A DNA stretch of 64,000 nt. Origin: Rhizaria sp. SCN 62-66 (lineage: Eukaryota). This document shows, in pieces, positions 1 to 13,969 of this stretch. Position numbers and translations under genes: made by a program. The stretch lies in assembly GCA_001724265.1 (NCBI GenBank), contig MEDY01000161.1, positions 1 to 64,000 of the forward strand. Direction: 5' to 3'. Numbering within the stretch: position 1 is the stretch's first letter; each line of letters opens with the position of its first letter. The notes below the pieces were generated by a model. It had not been told where the DNA came from and searched no databases. It saw only the letters and a list, made by a program, of their open reading frames with translations.

Positions 1-1699
1 CAGTGATGTTTATTGAGGATGGGGAGTCTGGCCGAGTGCCGCCACACCACAAACATGTGGGGGAAGAGGCTCAATCGGCCCAATTCGCGACCCCCGTGTT
101 AATAGTCCTGCAAGGGCAAGGACGGGTGGCGAAATCAGTGATGAACTTTGAGGCAATAACTGATATATATAGATAATGTTTTTGAACGTAGTAACAAGAC
201 AAGACACAAAAATAAGTGTTTTTTTATATAATCGGTATATATGCCAAATAGTGTTTTTCTTATCTTAAAACAAGGAGCTTACAAGTCGTATCTCCTCTCA
301 CCACATAACAAATTTGTGTGCCGGTAATTTGCAATTCGTTTGTGGTGGAAGAGATAAACCAGCATAGATCAAGATAGAAAGTCTTTTATTGGTGGCAAGT
401 GAACAAATATCAACAGATATTTGCATATATACTTGAAGTGACGATTGTCTATAGGAAAGAAGCTGGTTAAAATACCAAAGCCATCGATCACGCTTGAGTT
501 CAACGTCACCGTAACAAAGAGAAAGGGAGAGAGATAGGAATTCGAGGAAACCAACGTTGTATTTAAGTTGCAGCGTCGCGCCTAAGCATATTCAATGTGA
601 TATCAGTCGAAAGGGAGGAGTTCAGCAAGGCTGTCAGTGATGTGAGAGCTGACTCAAGAACAACATCGTACTTTGTTATGATGCATCATAAAGTGTTGAT
701 TCTAGAGTCTAGGGTTTGCTCCATTTTGTTTCAGGGCTGTAACCTAAAACGGTCCAGAGTTCGCCTTGGCAGGAATGTTTCTCCCATGCCCAGACCTGCG
801 AAGGGTGCCTGTTCGCAAACGTAACTGGGCCATAACAAACGCAGCATGCACCCCGCAAGAGTTCCTGTGAACTCAACAGCGAGGAGTGTAGCCGAATCAA
901 AGATAATCACATCAAACCAATAGCCTAGTGTACACTTTATTATATTGAATGAACATATATTTTTGCTCTTGTATGACTATCGAAAACAAAGAAATAACCA
1001 CTTTCCACACTTATCGCAGAGCATGAAGAGGTGCAATTCTTAGAGATATCATGGAATTATTAACTGCTTCAAGTGTACAAGCAGTGACTTTTCACTTGAA
1101 AATGTGTTTTCTTTTGTGAAATTGTAATTTTATATTGAGACGCAAGTGTTGTGGTGAGACGTCGACAATGAGGTGCGATTTCCTACGTGGGTTCTTGCGT
1201 CAGGTTGCGGTTCCTAAAAAATCAGCGGGGCCAGAGGGAGGCGGAGCAGGAGGTTGAGTCCAAAGTGGAGGAGATGACCCATTTGCCCACATGGATACAC
1301 GCTTTTGAACACAAAACCGTACATGTCTTTAGACAACGCTTTAATAGATATTCTGGGCAGGGTTTTGACCCAAGAATTTTTGATGGTGGATGTAGGGAGT
1401 CGTGCGCGAGAAGAGAGCTGGGCGTGAGGCATCGACGTCGTTCCGTGCTCTTTTCCCGACGCCAATTCTGCCCTCCTATTTCATTCTATTGAATCTAAAC
1501 CGTGTTTTTTCTGTAGAATAATGTTTTAATTCGTCTAATATATTGTATTATTTCCAGAAACCTCACTTTATCTTCCTTTTTTCCCCTCGCTCGTGTCGCC
1601 CGCCACAAATTGTCATCTTCACCACAACCTTTCTCCAGCCTCGGTTCCTCACTCAGCTTCCCACGCTTCCCCCGCAACGCAGCCGTGCCTCGCAACACC

Positions 1700-3628
1700 A
1701 TGCCGCGCGGATACTCCTCCGCGTCTCTTGTCACAGGCAAACGAACCGCGTCTGTGTCTTCTACATATGGCTCCCGCTCTGCTAAAACAGCCGAAGTCCT
1801 CGCAGCAGCCTCATCCTCCGCCTCCAACTCTAACTCCAACTCCAGCGCCAGCGCCAACAGCAGCGGCCCTGGCAGCGGGAGCGGAACCCCTACGTCGACG
1901 GCTGCAACCACCGGCTCCATGGGTCGCTCTAAACGCACCGCTGGTGGCCACTCACTGCAGACCAAGTCTCCGCCCCCTACGTCCTACTCCCCTTCCCTGA
2001 CCACGGACGCTCTCTCTGCCCACAGCAGCAGCAGCAGCGGAGGCGGTTCAGGCAGTGGTTCAGGCCGCGCGTCGACTCAACTCCCCTCCTCCCACGACGC
2101 GTTGGGACACGTTCTGGCGAGCGCAGATATCTCGACTGCGCTGGGCTCTATCTCCGGCCTCGATCTCCAGGGCAAGTCGTTCCCCCTCCTCAACCCGAAC
2201 CCCAACCCTGCCGCTACCGCCGTCACTTCCAGCACCCCGGGCTCTGCGCTGTCCGGCTCCTCCGCCAGTCCGCTCGCCTCTGCTGCCTCTGCGTCTGCGT
2301 CATCGACGGCTGCTGCCACGGCGTCCTACCGTCTGAACCTTTCCCGCGACCCTTCCGTCGACCCCCTGACGTCAGCCTACTCCGCCGCCGCCGCCGCCAC
2401 GGCCCCCTTCTACCCGGCGGCCGTCACCGACCCCGCCACCGCCGCCGCCGACTCTGCCTGCAGCGTCTTAGCATGCGCCGGTACAACCCCTAGCCCAAGC
2501 GGAGCCCCCTCAGCCCTCGCGCTGCTGACTGACCTCACCTCCCTGCGCCCTGAGGACTGCCCGGCCCCTCTCCCGTTCTCCCTCGCTCGTCCCGCCGACA
2601 TCCCTCTGCCGCCACCGATCCGCCGCTACGCCTTCTGCGAGGAATACCTCCGGACAGTGGTTCTGCACCTGCTCGCAACCCACTTCACCGAAGCCGACGG
2701 TTTCATCGCCCAACTGCAGAAGTACAAGCTCCTCGCCTGGTTCGACGACATCAAGGAGCAGCTGCTCGACGAGTTCATCTGGCGCTCCATCGCCCTCATT
2801 CGCTTCTGCACCACGGGCCCCGCGGAAGGCACGCCGACTACCGCCGCCGCCCTCGCGGTCGCCGCCGACGCCCCGCCCGGCGCCGGGGCCGCCTCGGTCG
2901 TCCCTGGCGCCACCGCGGATGCGCTGCCGGCGGTCAAAACGGCCGCCGCCGCCGCCGCCGGGCTGTCGGCCGCCGCCAACGCCAACGCCAACGCTGGGAG
3001 TGCAACGACCTCTGGCCCTGGCTCCGGCTCGAGCGTTAGCAGTGGCGCCGAGGGGGGGTTGACAGTGGACGACGGGTGGGTTCCCTCCGCGCTGGCCTAT
3101 ACGCACGGCACCACGGCCCAGAGGCTCCGGCAGCTGTACGAGGCCTACGCGCTGGCGCATTACCGCGTCGTCGAGCTCGGACTGATCCTAGTCGAGGCCG
3201 TCGCGGCAGACCGCAAGGGCTTAGTCGTTGTGAACCAGTCCCACGGCCGCGCCATCAAGGACCACTTCGCACACGACAAGGTTCGTACTCTCAAAGGGTG
3301 GTTCTACGCCAACTGGGCCTCCCCGTTCCCCGACGCCGCCACAAAACGCCTCTTGGCGGATGCCTCGGGGCTCGACCTGAGCCAGCTGCAGTCGTGGTTC
3401 ATCAACTGGCGCGACCGCAACTGGAAGACCGTCCGCGCCGAGATCGCGGACCGCCGCCGGGAGGCTGCCGCTCGGCTGGCCCGGCTGGCCGCGGCGGCGA
3501 GGGGCTTCCTCGCGGCGTCGCGGGTGGCGAGGGCGACGGCGCTGGCGACCCTCGAGGGCCACAGGCGGAGGGTGGACTTGCTGAGGGACAGGCTGCTGGG
3601 GGTGCGGAACGCCCACGGCCAGTTCCTC

Positions 3629-3698
<70 letters not shown>

Positions 3699-5380
3699 GC
3701 AGCAGCAACGGGAGCTCTAACCCCAATAACAACCACAACGGCAGTAACAGCGGTAGTGACGGCAATGTTGGGGCTGGACTGCGGTCTGGCTCGAGCTCTG
3801 AGAGCAACAGCTCACGCCCGGGCTCTGCGGTTGGCTCTGGCTCAGACAGTCCTCACCCTCTCCACACCGCCAACAACAACAGCAGCAACTCTGTGGCGAC
3901 CGGGTCATTGTCGTCGACTGCGACTGCGCGTGAGATGTCGTCGTCTGGAACTTCAGCCTCCCTGTCTAAGCAAGCGCGCTCCTTCGTCCCCACTCCGGCG
4001 TTTCTGTACGTCGACGACAACGTTGAGCTCGCGGCTCTGTTGGAGGCCGCCTGCCGTGCCGCTGCGACGGACACCCTCGCTCCCGCTTTGTTGCCGCCTC
4101 CCGGCTGCCAGAGTCAGAGCTACAACCTGAACCATCTGTCCCCTTCCTCCGCCGCTGACGTCGCCCCCTTGCGCGCTGACCTCCTTGCCTTCCTCCCCGA
4201 CGAGCTCGTCACCCGCGCGGCCGAAATCGCGGGCTCCATGGCCGCGCGGAAGCTCAAGCCTCTGGGCGCCAACGCTCCCGCCGCTCTGAGCGCCGTCGCT
4301 AATACAATGGCCGGTTTCTCCGCCGCGGCGGGGCAGCGGGCGGCGGCATTGAGGGCTGCAGCGGCCAACAACACGGCGCTGGCGTTGTCGGCCAGAATCG
4401 GCTCGAACGTTGCGGGCATGCTTGCTCACGGTCACTCTGCTGCGGGTACCCATGGTGCTCACGGTCACCACCCTGGGGCAGTCCGTCCTAGTGGTGCTCA
4501 TGGGGTGTACAGTCAATCGCTGGCCGCGGCGCAGGCGCAGTTACAGAGTCAGAACTCAAGCCTTGCGCTGCCTGTCGGCAGCAGCATCATCAGCTCCACG
4601 ACCGCCAACCCCAACGCAAACAGTGCTCATCCTACCGCCTCTGCCAACTCTCTGCAGTCGCAGTCACCGGTTCCCGGCGCTCATGTGACACAGGGGGCTG
4701 GGTCACGGCCGTTGAGTCCGGCTGAGTTGATGCAAGCGTTGAGGGCGTCTGTATCGGCCTCCGCCGCCGCCGCCGCCGCCGCCGCCACCGCCGCTGCTAC
4801 TGGCTCTGGCTCTGGCTCTGTGACCGGTGTCACCGGCGTTGCTGCTGGGGGGAATGGTCCTGCTGGGTCTACTCTGAGTGCCTCATCGACCCCGGTACCT
4901 CTGGGGGTACCCATGGGTCACCTCTCGTCCACCCCTAGCAACATGAGCCATCTTAACGGCAGCAACAGCAGCAGCAGCAGTGGGGGCGTCATTGTGAGCT
5001 CGGGTAATGACGCTGCTGATGCGATCCGGCTTCAGATTCAGCAGTTGCAGCAACAGCTTCAGCTGCAGCTGCAACACCAAGGCCAGCAGCAGCAGCAGCA
5101 GCAGCAGGCTCAGAGTCAGCTTATCAGGGCGAGGTCCGTCTCCCCTCTCGCCACCGCCCGCGCCCCCGCTCTCACCCACAACGCCAGTCGTAGCAGCAGC
5201 AGCAGCAGCAGCAGCAGCGGCAACGGCAACGGCTTGGCTATGACTGACCGCGACCGTGACCACGACAGAATCAGCAACAACAGCAGCAACAATAGCACAA
5301 CTCCGAATACGGGTTTGGTGACATCGCAAACGACTCTGCTCCAGCGCCCTCCATCCCTCCAGATCATCTCCAACTCTACC

Positions 5381-5411
<31 letters not shown>

Positions 5412-6127
5412 GCAACAGCTCCAACGCTATCACCACCGACAACAACGCCGGTAACGGTAACAACAGCGTCGCTTCCGTCGCCGGCAGCCGCCCCCCGTTG
5501 TTAAGCCGCCCCCCGTCGCTGGGTCACCCGCCCTCGCTGCCGCACACGCCTTCCCTCGGCGCTGGCGGCGGCAACGCCGGCGGCCTCGGCGGCGGCCTTA
5601 GCCTCAACGGCAGTCTCAACGGGAGCCTCAACGGGAGTCTCGCTTTTGGCGGTATGTTGGGCACCGGCCTCGGTCTCTCTAATGGCGCTGCTACTGCCGC
5701 TGCCGCTGCTGCTTCTGCTTCTGCTTCGAACGCGGCCACCGGCGGCAGCAGTCACGCAGGGCTTGTGTCTGTGACGGGGGTTTTGCCTCCACTGAACGCC
5801 ACTGCCGCCAGCGCAGCTCTCACTTCCCCTTCCTCCACGACTGCTGCTGCTGCTGCTCATAACAACAACGCTGTTGTCACTCCGGCTGCGAAGAGTGGTC
5901 GTGAGACCAATCCTGCTGGGACTGCGCCTGCTGATTCCGACGCTTCTGCTGCTGCTGTTGCGATGGACGGGCCTCCGCCGTTGCTGCGCCCTCATTCTGC
6001 TCCCGACACACTCACCTCCAACACCAACGCGCCTGCGAATGCTGTGACGGCGGCTGCTGTCGCGGAGGCTGAGGCTGAGGCGGAAGTGACGCACATCGCG
6101 AAGCGTCCTCGCCGTGGCCAGCACTAA
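1700..6127 (+). CDS. TALE-class homeodomain transcription factor (Homeobox_KN type), ~1475 aa, mostly low complexity
   Basis: Single long ORF, first ATG at 1700, ends TAA. Segment ~3278-3427 reads KVRTLKGWFYANWASPFPDAATKRLLADASGLDLSQLQSWFINWRDRNWK: TALE loop PFP (canonical PYP) and helix-3 WFIN. The C-terminal KRPRR is NLS-like. Confidence 0.85.
3629..3697 (+). repeat. (AAC)23 microsatellite encoding poly-Asn
   Basis: Direct reading. Confidence 0.95.
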
Positions 6128-6220
6128 GTAGGCACTTAGATTAAGCGCTTAGTACTTGTTGTGCCCTCACCGTGGCCACCACGAAGTGGGGGCTTGCTCT
6201 GCTTACCTGCTGACCTCCCT

Positions 6221-6520
6221 CCACCAATCTGCGCGGCTGGGGGGCCAGGGCCGGGGCCAGAGCCCGGGGCTAAACACCGTGCGTTTTAGAAACACACTGC
6301 GTTTTGCTGTTGCTGTGCGTATGTTGACTGCATAGCTCTGTTCACACCCCACCATTTCTGCGCGGTTGGGTTGCACTTTAGCCTTACTTGGCTCTGCTTT
6401 GCCTCACACGCACACAACTGACCTTGTTGTCTCCTGTGCTTTGCTTTGCTTTGTTAGCTTAGTTAAGCTTTGTTTTGCCTTTAATTTGCGTTGCCTTACC
6501 ACTCTGCGCGGTTGAGGTCA
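6221..6520 (+). promoter_or_regulatory. Three copies of a stem-loop motif (ACCA-n-TCTGCGC-GGYT) in the presumed 3' UTR of the homeobox gene
   Basis: Copies at ~6221-6244, ~6345-6374 and ~6493-6518. Same loop, different but complementary flanks. Confidence 0.5.
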
Positions 6521-9500
6521 CCACACAAGGCACACAGCAGAGACGCAACAGTCAAGAGAGCCAACTTGCGACAGAATGAGTCTTAGTTGTTGCAACAGCA
6601 AGAAGTTCTCGTTTGTTCTGGTGACTCGCTCTTGGCGCACTCATCTTTCCTACAATATATCATCGTCGACTCCATCGTCGAAAATCCATGGTGTTTCATT
6701 TTGTTTCGTTCTTTTTATGTTGCTCTGCGTTCTCTCAGCTATGTGCTTTGTTCTGTGTGTATTACCGTCACTCCCCACCCCTCAGCTCACACATCTTCAG
6801 GGCACTCTCATTCTCCCACTCGGCAACAATCACAGTCGCCTTCGTCGACTAGTGACTCTTTGTTGGGTGATTTGTGTGAGACCCTACGTAGATACGATGT
6901 GTAAGCTGGCTTTGCGTCCGCAATTACGTTTATTCTCTTCTCACGCACATTCTGGGATGCTTTCTTTTGCGCGTCACTAAGACTCTCCTGATTCGCATTC
7001 GCTTGTTTCTCTCGAATGTGTGTGTGTTTTTGTTTTTGTTTTTTCTTAGGCGGGCGCGTTTTGAATGTAAGTCGAGTGTGACTGCGCCGTATGTAAGTAC
7101 TCTTGGTACTTACACCGACTCACTCACACCGCGGCTAATATTCCGAACCGCCACGCCGCCCCGTTGCCCACTTATGCCGTTATCATTGATTGACTCGCTC
7201 ACTTCCAGCATGAAACGTCGTGTTGCTCTGCTAAATGTCGGCGACAGCACGTTGTTTATTGTTGCTTTGATGAGTCAGCAATCACGTAACGCGTGAACGA
7301 CGCACGGGTTGCGCCCTACGGTCCCTCACTCTCTGCTCTCTATGAAATATACTCTGTTTCCCACATGTTACGTGTTTTTTCTACAAAACACGGACCCGTG
7401 ATCACGAGTCCACTCAATGGCAGAGATATTAGGGGACTGACGGCGCCATATACCCCCCTTAAACATCACTCTTTTTCTTCTCTCACATCTTCTCTCAATC
7501 TCTGTCCCATCGATCGAATCGGTTTCTCAGTTTCTGAAGTCTCAGAGATCTCACCGCCCTACCAGCACACTGGTCTCTCTCGAGAAACTCTCTCTCTTTC
7601 TATCTCGCTTACTCTCTCTCTCTCTCTCAGCTATTCGTTCATTCACTCTCTCATCTCTCATCCCCCGTTGCTGACATTCTCACGCGTCGACACTGTCGTC
7701 GCTTGATCGTCTCAGCGGCGCCAATTTCACTGTGTGTACTCTCTAGTCAGTGCACACAAACCCAATTTGCTCGGCAATCTCCCTTGTCTCTAGAGGGTGG
7801 TACCGAGCCTTTATATGTACATGTATCCCGTAAACACCACCAACCATCCCCCCTTACATCAACACCACAGTCTTATCTAGACACCGCAACAGTTGTTATC
7901 ACACGTTCCTCGATATCCCTCTACGTTTCTGCGTCTGTCTCTGTGTGTGACTCTCTTCTCTCAACTTCTCTCACTCTCTCTGTTCTCTCACTCAGTGCAG
8001 GCAGCGTCTCGCTCTGCTCTTTGGTTCGAACACCACAATGCCCCAAACCCTTTTTTTACACTCGGCTATTAGCTGTCTCCTCCTCGATTACTCCCAACTC
8101 GGCGCTTTTTTGCTGAACAAGCTCCACAGCGCAGCGTTGGATATGCTATTCGTGAGCGCAGTGAGAACCGCTTGTGTGTTTCCCTATCACCAGTCGTTGT
8201 TTCATATCACATGTCGTATCACACCACACACACTATCACGCTTTGTCTTGCTGCAATCAAGCAGTAGCTGCAAGTTGGGCAAAGCAAGTGACTAGTGAGT
8301 GACCTGAAACGCGTCTTTTTGTCCCCTTGAATTCCTTCGAAGTACGCGCTTTAATTCTTTTATATTGTCGCGTTTCTCTGTATTTCTCTCCATATATCAG
8401 ACTAATCTAAAGTCTAGTTTTTTCTCTATCATGTTTCTCTTTGTCCCTGTTTATTTTCCTCTCAAAATATGTCTCTCTCATCTCATATGCTCACTCGTCA
8501 GGTCGCAGTACCGTATTATCACAACCACATGTTGCAATGTGCGAGCAGTGTTTAACGGCTGGATAGCAGCGGCGAATCCCGTCTGTATGCAGTGCTGCTG
8601 CGGGCTCTGCGACACTTTCGCTTGTTTTCTGACTCCAAAGCTGTTACTCTGTCTTGTATTCCATACCCTTGTGTCTTAATGTTGGCGACTGGAGGTGTGA
8701 CGTGGTGACATGATGACTGTCTGACGTGTTAAAATGACTGACTTGCGATGCTCCGCGCTCACAGTCATTCGTTTTATCACTCTCACTTGTCACTGAATCA
8801 CTCGTTCTAAACTGCACTCACTTTGCACACGCACGCATTGCTTTTAGCAAAGTGTTTATCAATACACGTATCTTCTTGGGTCAACATGGATCTTTGTTGT
8901 TTCGCATTTTGGTACTGGCGCGGGAACAGGTGAGCGCATGCGCCCGGATCCCAAGCCCATCGATACGAGCACCGCTGACATCACGGCTGAGCGCGCACAG
9001 CACTCCGGCGCCACGGAGTCAGTCATCCGTGGGCGCTGGGGTGGCAGGGCAGGCTTCGGACGCTCAAGAACCACAACGACAAAAGGTGGCTGAAGCCTGA
9101 ATACAGGGAGCGTCATGCGCAGCGCCAGCGCGAGAACAACACGAAGAAGCGCGAGCAAAATGCTCACAGTCATTAAGAGTGTGCAAAAATGTGTTTCACC
9201 ACTGGCGCCTCGTCCGTCACGAAGAGTAGCAGCCAGCGCGCGTCCAGCGCAAGCAGACGAAAAAGAAGATCAAATAGAATATGCATTAACAATCGCGCGA
9301 CCATTGCGACAGCAGCAGTAAGTTGCTGCTGTACCTCCCGCATATCCCACTAAAACACAGCTTGTTATTTTGCAAATGTAATAACAATGTTGTTCAAAAC
9401 GCATCAGATATGTAGCCCTTTAGTTTGTTTTCGTCTTATCGAGAGAGAGGTTTTGATTGGGCGATTCAAATAGACTCAATGTACTCAATGTGACTTTAAA

Positions 9501-10491
9501 CTTTGTAGAAATGTACGCGTACTTTGTATTCATTTGAAGGTGATCGCTACTATATCAGTATTTTTACATTCGTGTGTTGACAACTTCATCATCCTTATCT
9601 TTTAGTAAACAGCAATAGCAACGGCGCTACAAGTGTTGTGCGCGACAGAGCTAAGACCTATTTGTAAAGTGTGAAGTGATCTAAAAGCTATACAGTACTA
9701 AATCTGCATCAAGCAGCAGTAGTCGAGCGTGTTTGTTTTCGGTGAACTGTTTGTGTGACGTATTATGGTAGGTTTCGTATGGGGATACATGTATCAAATA
9801 GAAAGAAGCGTTCGCCCTCCTGTCTAGCCTGTCTAACTTGCTTCTAGTCAGCGCCCTCGGTAGCAAGAGCGAACAAAGTAGAAGTGTCAGATTAGGAACG
9901 AACTGAGAGTGTGTGTGTGAACGTGCGAGTCTACACGCTGTCCTCGTCATTATTACTCTAGAATAGTACGAATCCACTCACACACAGATGAAATAACGTG
10001 GTGTTTTGTTGTTACATTTTTCGATGGGAGACAAAACACATGTTTCTCTGCTGCGCCAAGACCGCGACTGCGCTAAAAACACGCATGTTTCTCTCTACAT
10101 CTCTCTTCTTAAGGCAGGTACTTATGTACAACTTAAGACTCAACAATCCACTCATTCGTTAACGTTCGTTGCTCGTACGCATGCATACATGAGTACGTGA
10201 TATGACTGGACCGTAGTGCTTAGTGGCCAGTCAGAACCGCGACTGTTGCTGCAGTGAAGGCGGAACTGTGAACGGGAGTGATTTGTGAGTTGGTTAGTGA
10301 CTGTGAGTACGAGTGACCGTGCTCGCAAGTGGCTAAGTGCGTTCAGAGAGAAAGAAGCTAGAGAGAGGACAGAACATGGTTTGCTGCAGTGGCGTCACTG
10401 ATGCGCGGAACAATATGCAGAGAAACGGAAAATATGAAACTGAAATATGAAATGATTCCTTTCACTCGTATCATGTGTTACTGATTACAAC

Positions 10492-10498
10492 GAGAGAG

Positions 10499-10551
<53 letters not shown>

Positions 10552-10555
10552 GTGA
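10492..10555 (+). repeat. Compound (GA)n(GT)n microsatellite
   Basis: Direct reading. Confidence 0.95.
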
Positions 10556-11068
10556 GTTAGCGGTGTCATCACATCGTATGTTTAAACTTAAAGCTTAAGC
10601 ACACAACAAAAATTCACGTGCAGAGAAACTCGCGTGCAGAGGCAATGCCGCGCAGATAGCATTGCACAAAACCAGTTGTGTCTCAAAATTCGATAGCAAA
10701 ACAACAAAAGAGAAAAAGAGCGATCAGGAGAGATATAGCGAGTGTGTGGAGGGAAACGGCGGGCAGTGAAGAGCGATTTTGGTGGTTACGCGGGCGCTCT
10801 CACAGTGTACTGCTGATCGCAATGTAGCGTGCGCAACGCAACAGACCATAAAAGCCCCTTAACACTGGCCGCGCCTCTGACTTGACTGCACGTCTCTCTC
10901 ACTGTCTCATTTCTCATTCTTCTTAAGCTTGACTATTTGTTGAAACAACTGAACACGGAGAGGTGAAACCATTCGCGAACAGTTTCTAGAAACCGGCATA
11001 AATGCGACATACACTATGGAATGACCATGCGCAAGCAGTGGCTTAACTTTACACACGCGGCTTGACTT

Positions 11069-13667
11069 TTACGCGTGCGTGTGGTGCGCCGCAGGTCCCA
11101 CGGCAGCGGCCGCCGCCGCTGCCGCACCAGACGCGGCTTTGCTTGCAGCCGCCGTGGACGACGCGAAAAGCCCGCCCGTCAGCGCAGCGGCGGCGCGACG
11201 CTTAATCTCACCCCAGAGCATACGGCGCTCGATACCGACGCCGCCGAGCATGTTGGAGTTTTCCTTAGCACGGCGGATGAGGTACGGCAAAACGTCCATC
11301 ACAGGGCCGTAAGGAACGTACTTGAACGCGCGGAGCCCGTGGCGGGCGAGCGTGTAGGTGAGGTGGTCAGCCATGCCGAGGAGTTGACCGAAGCACACGT
11401 TGCCGCGCACGGCTGCGACCTGGGCAGGGGTGTGGATTCCGTCACTGGCTAAAGACTCGAGACGTGAGGCCACGTGTTCCAGGGACGTCTGGTTGTGGGA
11501 CGCGATCAACAGCGCCACACGCGGCTCCGGCGCAGCAGCAGCGGAACTCGTGCCGATATTCATGGGTGTCTCTGCAGCAGCAGCAGCAGCAGGAGCGCCT
11601 GCGCCGGAACTCGCGACGGTATTCACGACGGGGGCACTCGCGTCGATGGAGGCAATGAGAGCGTCGAGGACAAGATCCGTCGTTGCGAAATAACTCGCAT
11701 GCGTCTGCTCGATCGTATCCCACACGGGGGACGGCTGGCCGAGGCTCTCGGCGCGAATCCGCTCCGTGTCCATGTACGCACCGCGGACGAGCTTGGCGGC
11801 CCAGACCCACCCCTCGCGCTTGGCGAGCGCGAGGTCAGCGGCGACACGGGCCGGAGCGTCGCGGAGATAGCATTGGTACGTGTTCCAGACCGTCGCGGCC
11901 GTGGTGTTGTGGGCGCGCTGCATGTCCACCACGAAGGCGTCGATCAGAGGCTGGAAGTAAGTCTGTTCAGCGTCAACAAGGAGACCGACTTGGGCGGCAG
12001 CGGCGGCGCGCGCGACGGAGTCGAGACGTTGGGCGACACGGGCGACGCGGCGCTCGTCCTCTGCGTCCCAAAGGGCCTCGGAGCGAGTTCCTAAAAATAT
12101 AGCAAAAAGCACAAAATATATATATTGTATATAAAGAAGCACAAAATGAGTGATCATTGAATGAGACTAAACTAATTCATTACAAAATACTGAAATACAC
12201 AGTGAAATAAAACAATTAAATTGATACCCGCGCATATATCGGAGATATATTCGAAGACGTACCGGGAGGCAGAAGCACAGCCGCGAGCCCAGTGCCAGCC
12301 GCCGCATGGCGCGCCAGCATCTGGATCTGCGACAGCGAGAAGCCCAGTGCCCAGTCCTTGGCCGACACACCGGCGGTGGGGTCCTCAGCAGAGGCGAGGA
12401 GACGGGCGGCCGTGGCGGCGCGGTCGGGGGCGGGGAGCGCGGGGAAAGTGGCCGCGAGGAAGGCAGCGAGGGGCTCAGCGGTGAGGCGGAGAGGGGCGGT
12501 GGCAGAGAGGTCGACGCCGGTGGCGGGGGCCGGGGCGGCGGAGGGGAAAGCGGGCGCGGGGAAAACCGCGCGGAACGCGTTGACTAGAGTGGTGCCACGC
12601 TCCAGAAGCACGGGATCGGCCAGCGCGGTGAGCTTGATCGCGCTGAAGCCAGCCTCGGACCCCTTGGCAGCGACCTTGGCAGCGGCGTCGTGGTTGTGGG
12701 ACGTGTTGGCACTGTCGTATGAGTCGCGGACAGCAGTGATACACTTGAGGAAAAGCTGCTCGTGGTGGTCACAGCTGGCTTCGACGGACTTGGAGTAGCG
12801 AGGGTGCCCCTTTTCGCTCACATCAGCCATCGCAGACGCCGTGTTCGCGGCGGCCGGCGTGTTGACACCGGCGGCGCTTGTTGAGTCAGCAGAGTTGGCA
12901 GCGGCGGCAGCGGCGGCGTTGAAGGCGCCGGTGGCGGTGGGGGAGCTCGCGAGGTCGGCCTCAGCGGCGTAGTCGAGGATACCGCCGATACCAGACCGCT
13001 GCAGGCGTGCGATGGTCGGCTTGATCGACTCACCGTCCTCACCAGCGCAGAAGTGGGCGAAGAAGGTAGGCCGCATCATCGCCGCGACGGCCGCGTCGCC
13101 CAGGGAGCGGCGGGCGGCGCGGACGAGAGCGTCGGAGTGGGTGACGAGGGGCTTGACGCCACAGAGAGCGAAGATGGCCAGGGCGCGGGCGAGAGCGGAG
13201 GTGGGGAGAGCGGCATAGGCGGTCCGGGTGTCCGTGAAGTCTATCTTATCGCCCGCAGAGGAGGAAGAGGACCCGGCGACGGCGGAGGAGACGCCCGAGG
13301 AGGAGGAGAGGGCGCGGGTGGAGCCGCGGAAGAAGCCCGGGGGGAATGACGTGGCCTGCTGGGCATGGTGGGCGGAAGCCCCGACACTGCCGTTGACGCA
13401 AGACGCGGGGGAGCGGCGGCTCAGTGGAAACTGCTGCTGCGAGGAAGAGGAGCGCGCAGCGGCGAGAGGGAGACTGCTGAGGGCAGCGCGCGGGCCACTG
13501 GTGACTACGCCAGAGGCGGAGAATGACGGGTCATTGTGCTGGGCGTGGCAAGGAGAAGTGAGGACGACTGGAGTCCGACGTGCCACAACCCCGCTGCGGG
13601 AGACAGCGAGGGCACGGAACGAAGTGCAGAAGTACTTGGAGGTGGAGCGGGTAGAAACGAAGGCCAT
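11069..13667 (-). CDS. PRODH: Mitochondrial proline dehydrogenase, 2 exons (13667-12263, 12090-11069), ~808 aa
   Basis: Motifs TFFAHFCAGE, ILDYAAE, AIKLTAL, LLVDAEQTYFQP, NTYQCYL, KLVRGAYM, ASHN, FGQLLGMAD and KYVPYGPVMDVLPYLIRRAKEN. The GTACGT...TTTTAG intron (12262-12091) joins in frame (LPPG/TRSE). Ser/Arg-rich presequence-like N-terminus. Confidence 0.95.
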
Positions 13668-13969
13668 TAACTTCTCGGAAGACTAGAACCCCGAGAAAAA
13701 ACTATGGTGTGGTGGGACAGAGGGGGCGCACGGAAAAGGGCCAGGAAAGGGATAATTTGAGCGATTTGGTGATACAAAAGAGGTGAATATAGGTAAATTA
13801 AATGTGCTTGATTCCAATAAAGTGTGAAGCAAACGTTTCTAGGGAGAGAAATGAGCGATTTTAAAGGCCGGAAAAAAAAAGTCTGACGAGCGTCGCCTCG
13901 AAGCGCGAAGCGCGGCTGAGGTCAATACAGGTCATATCCACCGTCGAGAGCAAAAACCAAAATACTCAA

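Noticed and set aside
1-900. Protein-like stretches on the minus strand
   Set aside because: Frames are broken by stops and shifts with no recognisable motif. Possibly a decayed gene, but not supportable.
6576-10200. Short ORFs of 60-140 aa in the long intergenic tract
   Set aside because: CT/GT-rich low-complexity composition, no motifs, unlike the true exons.
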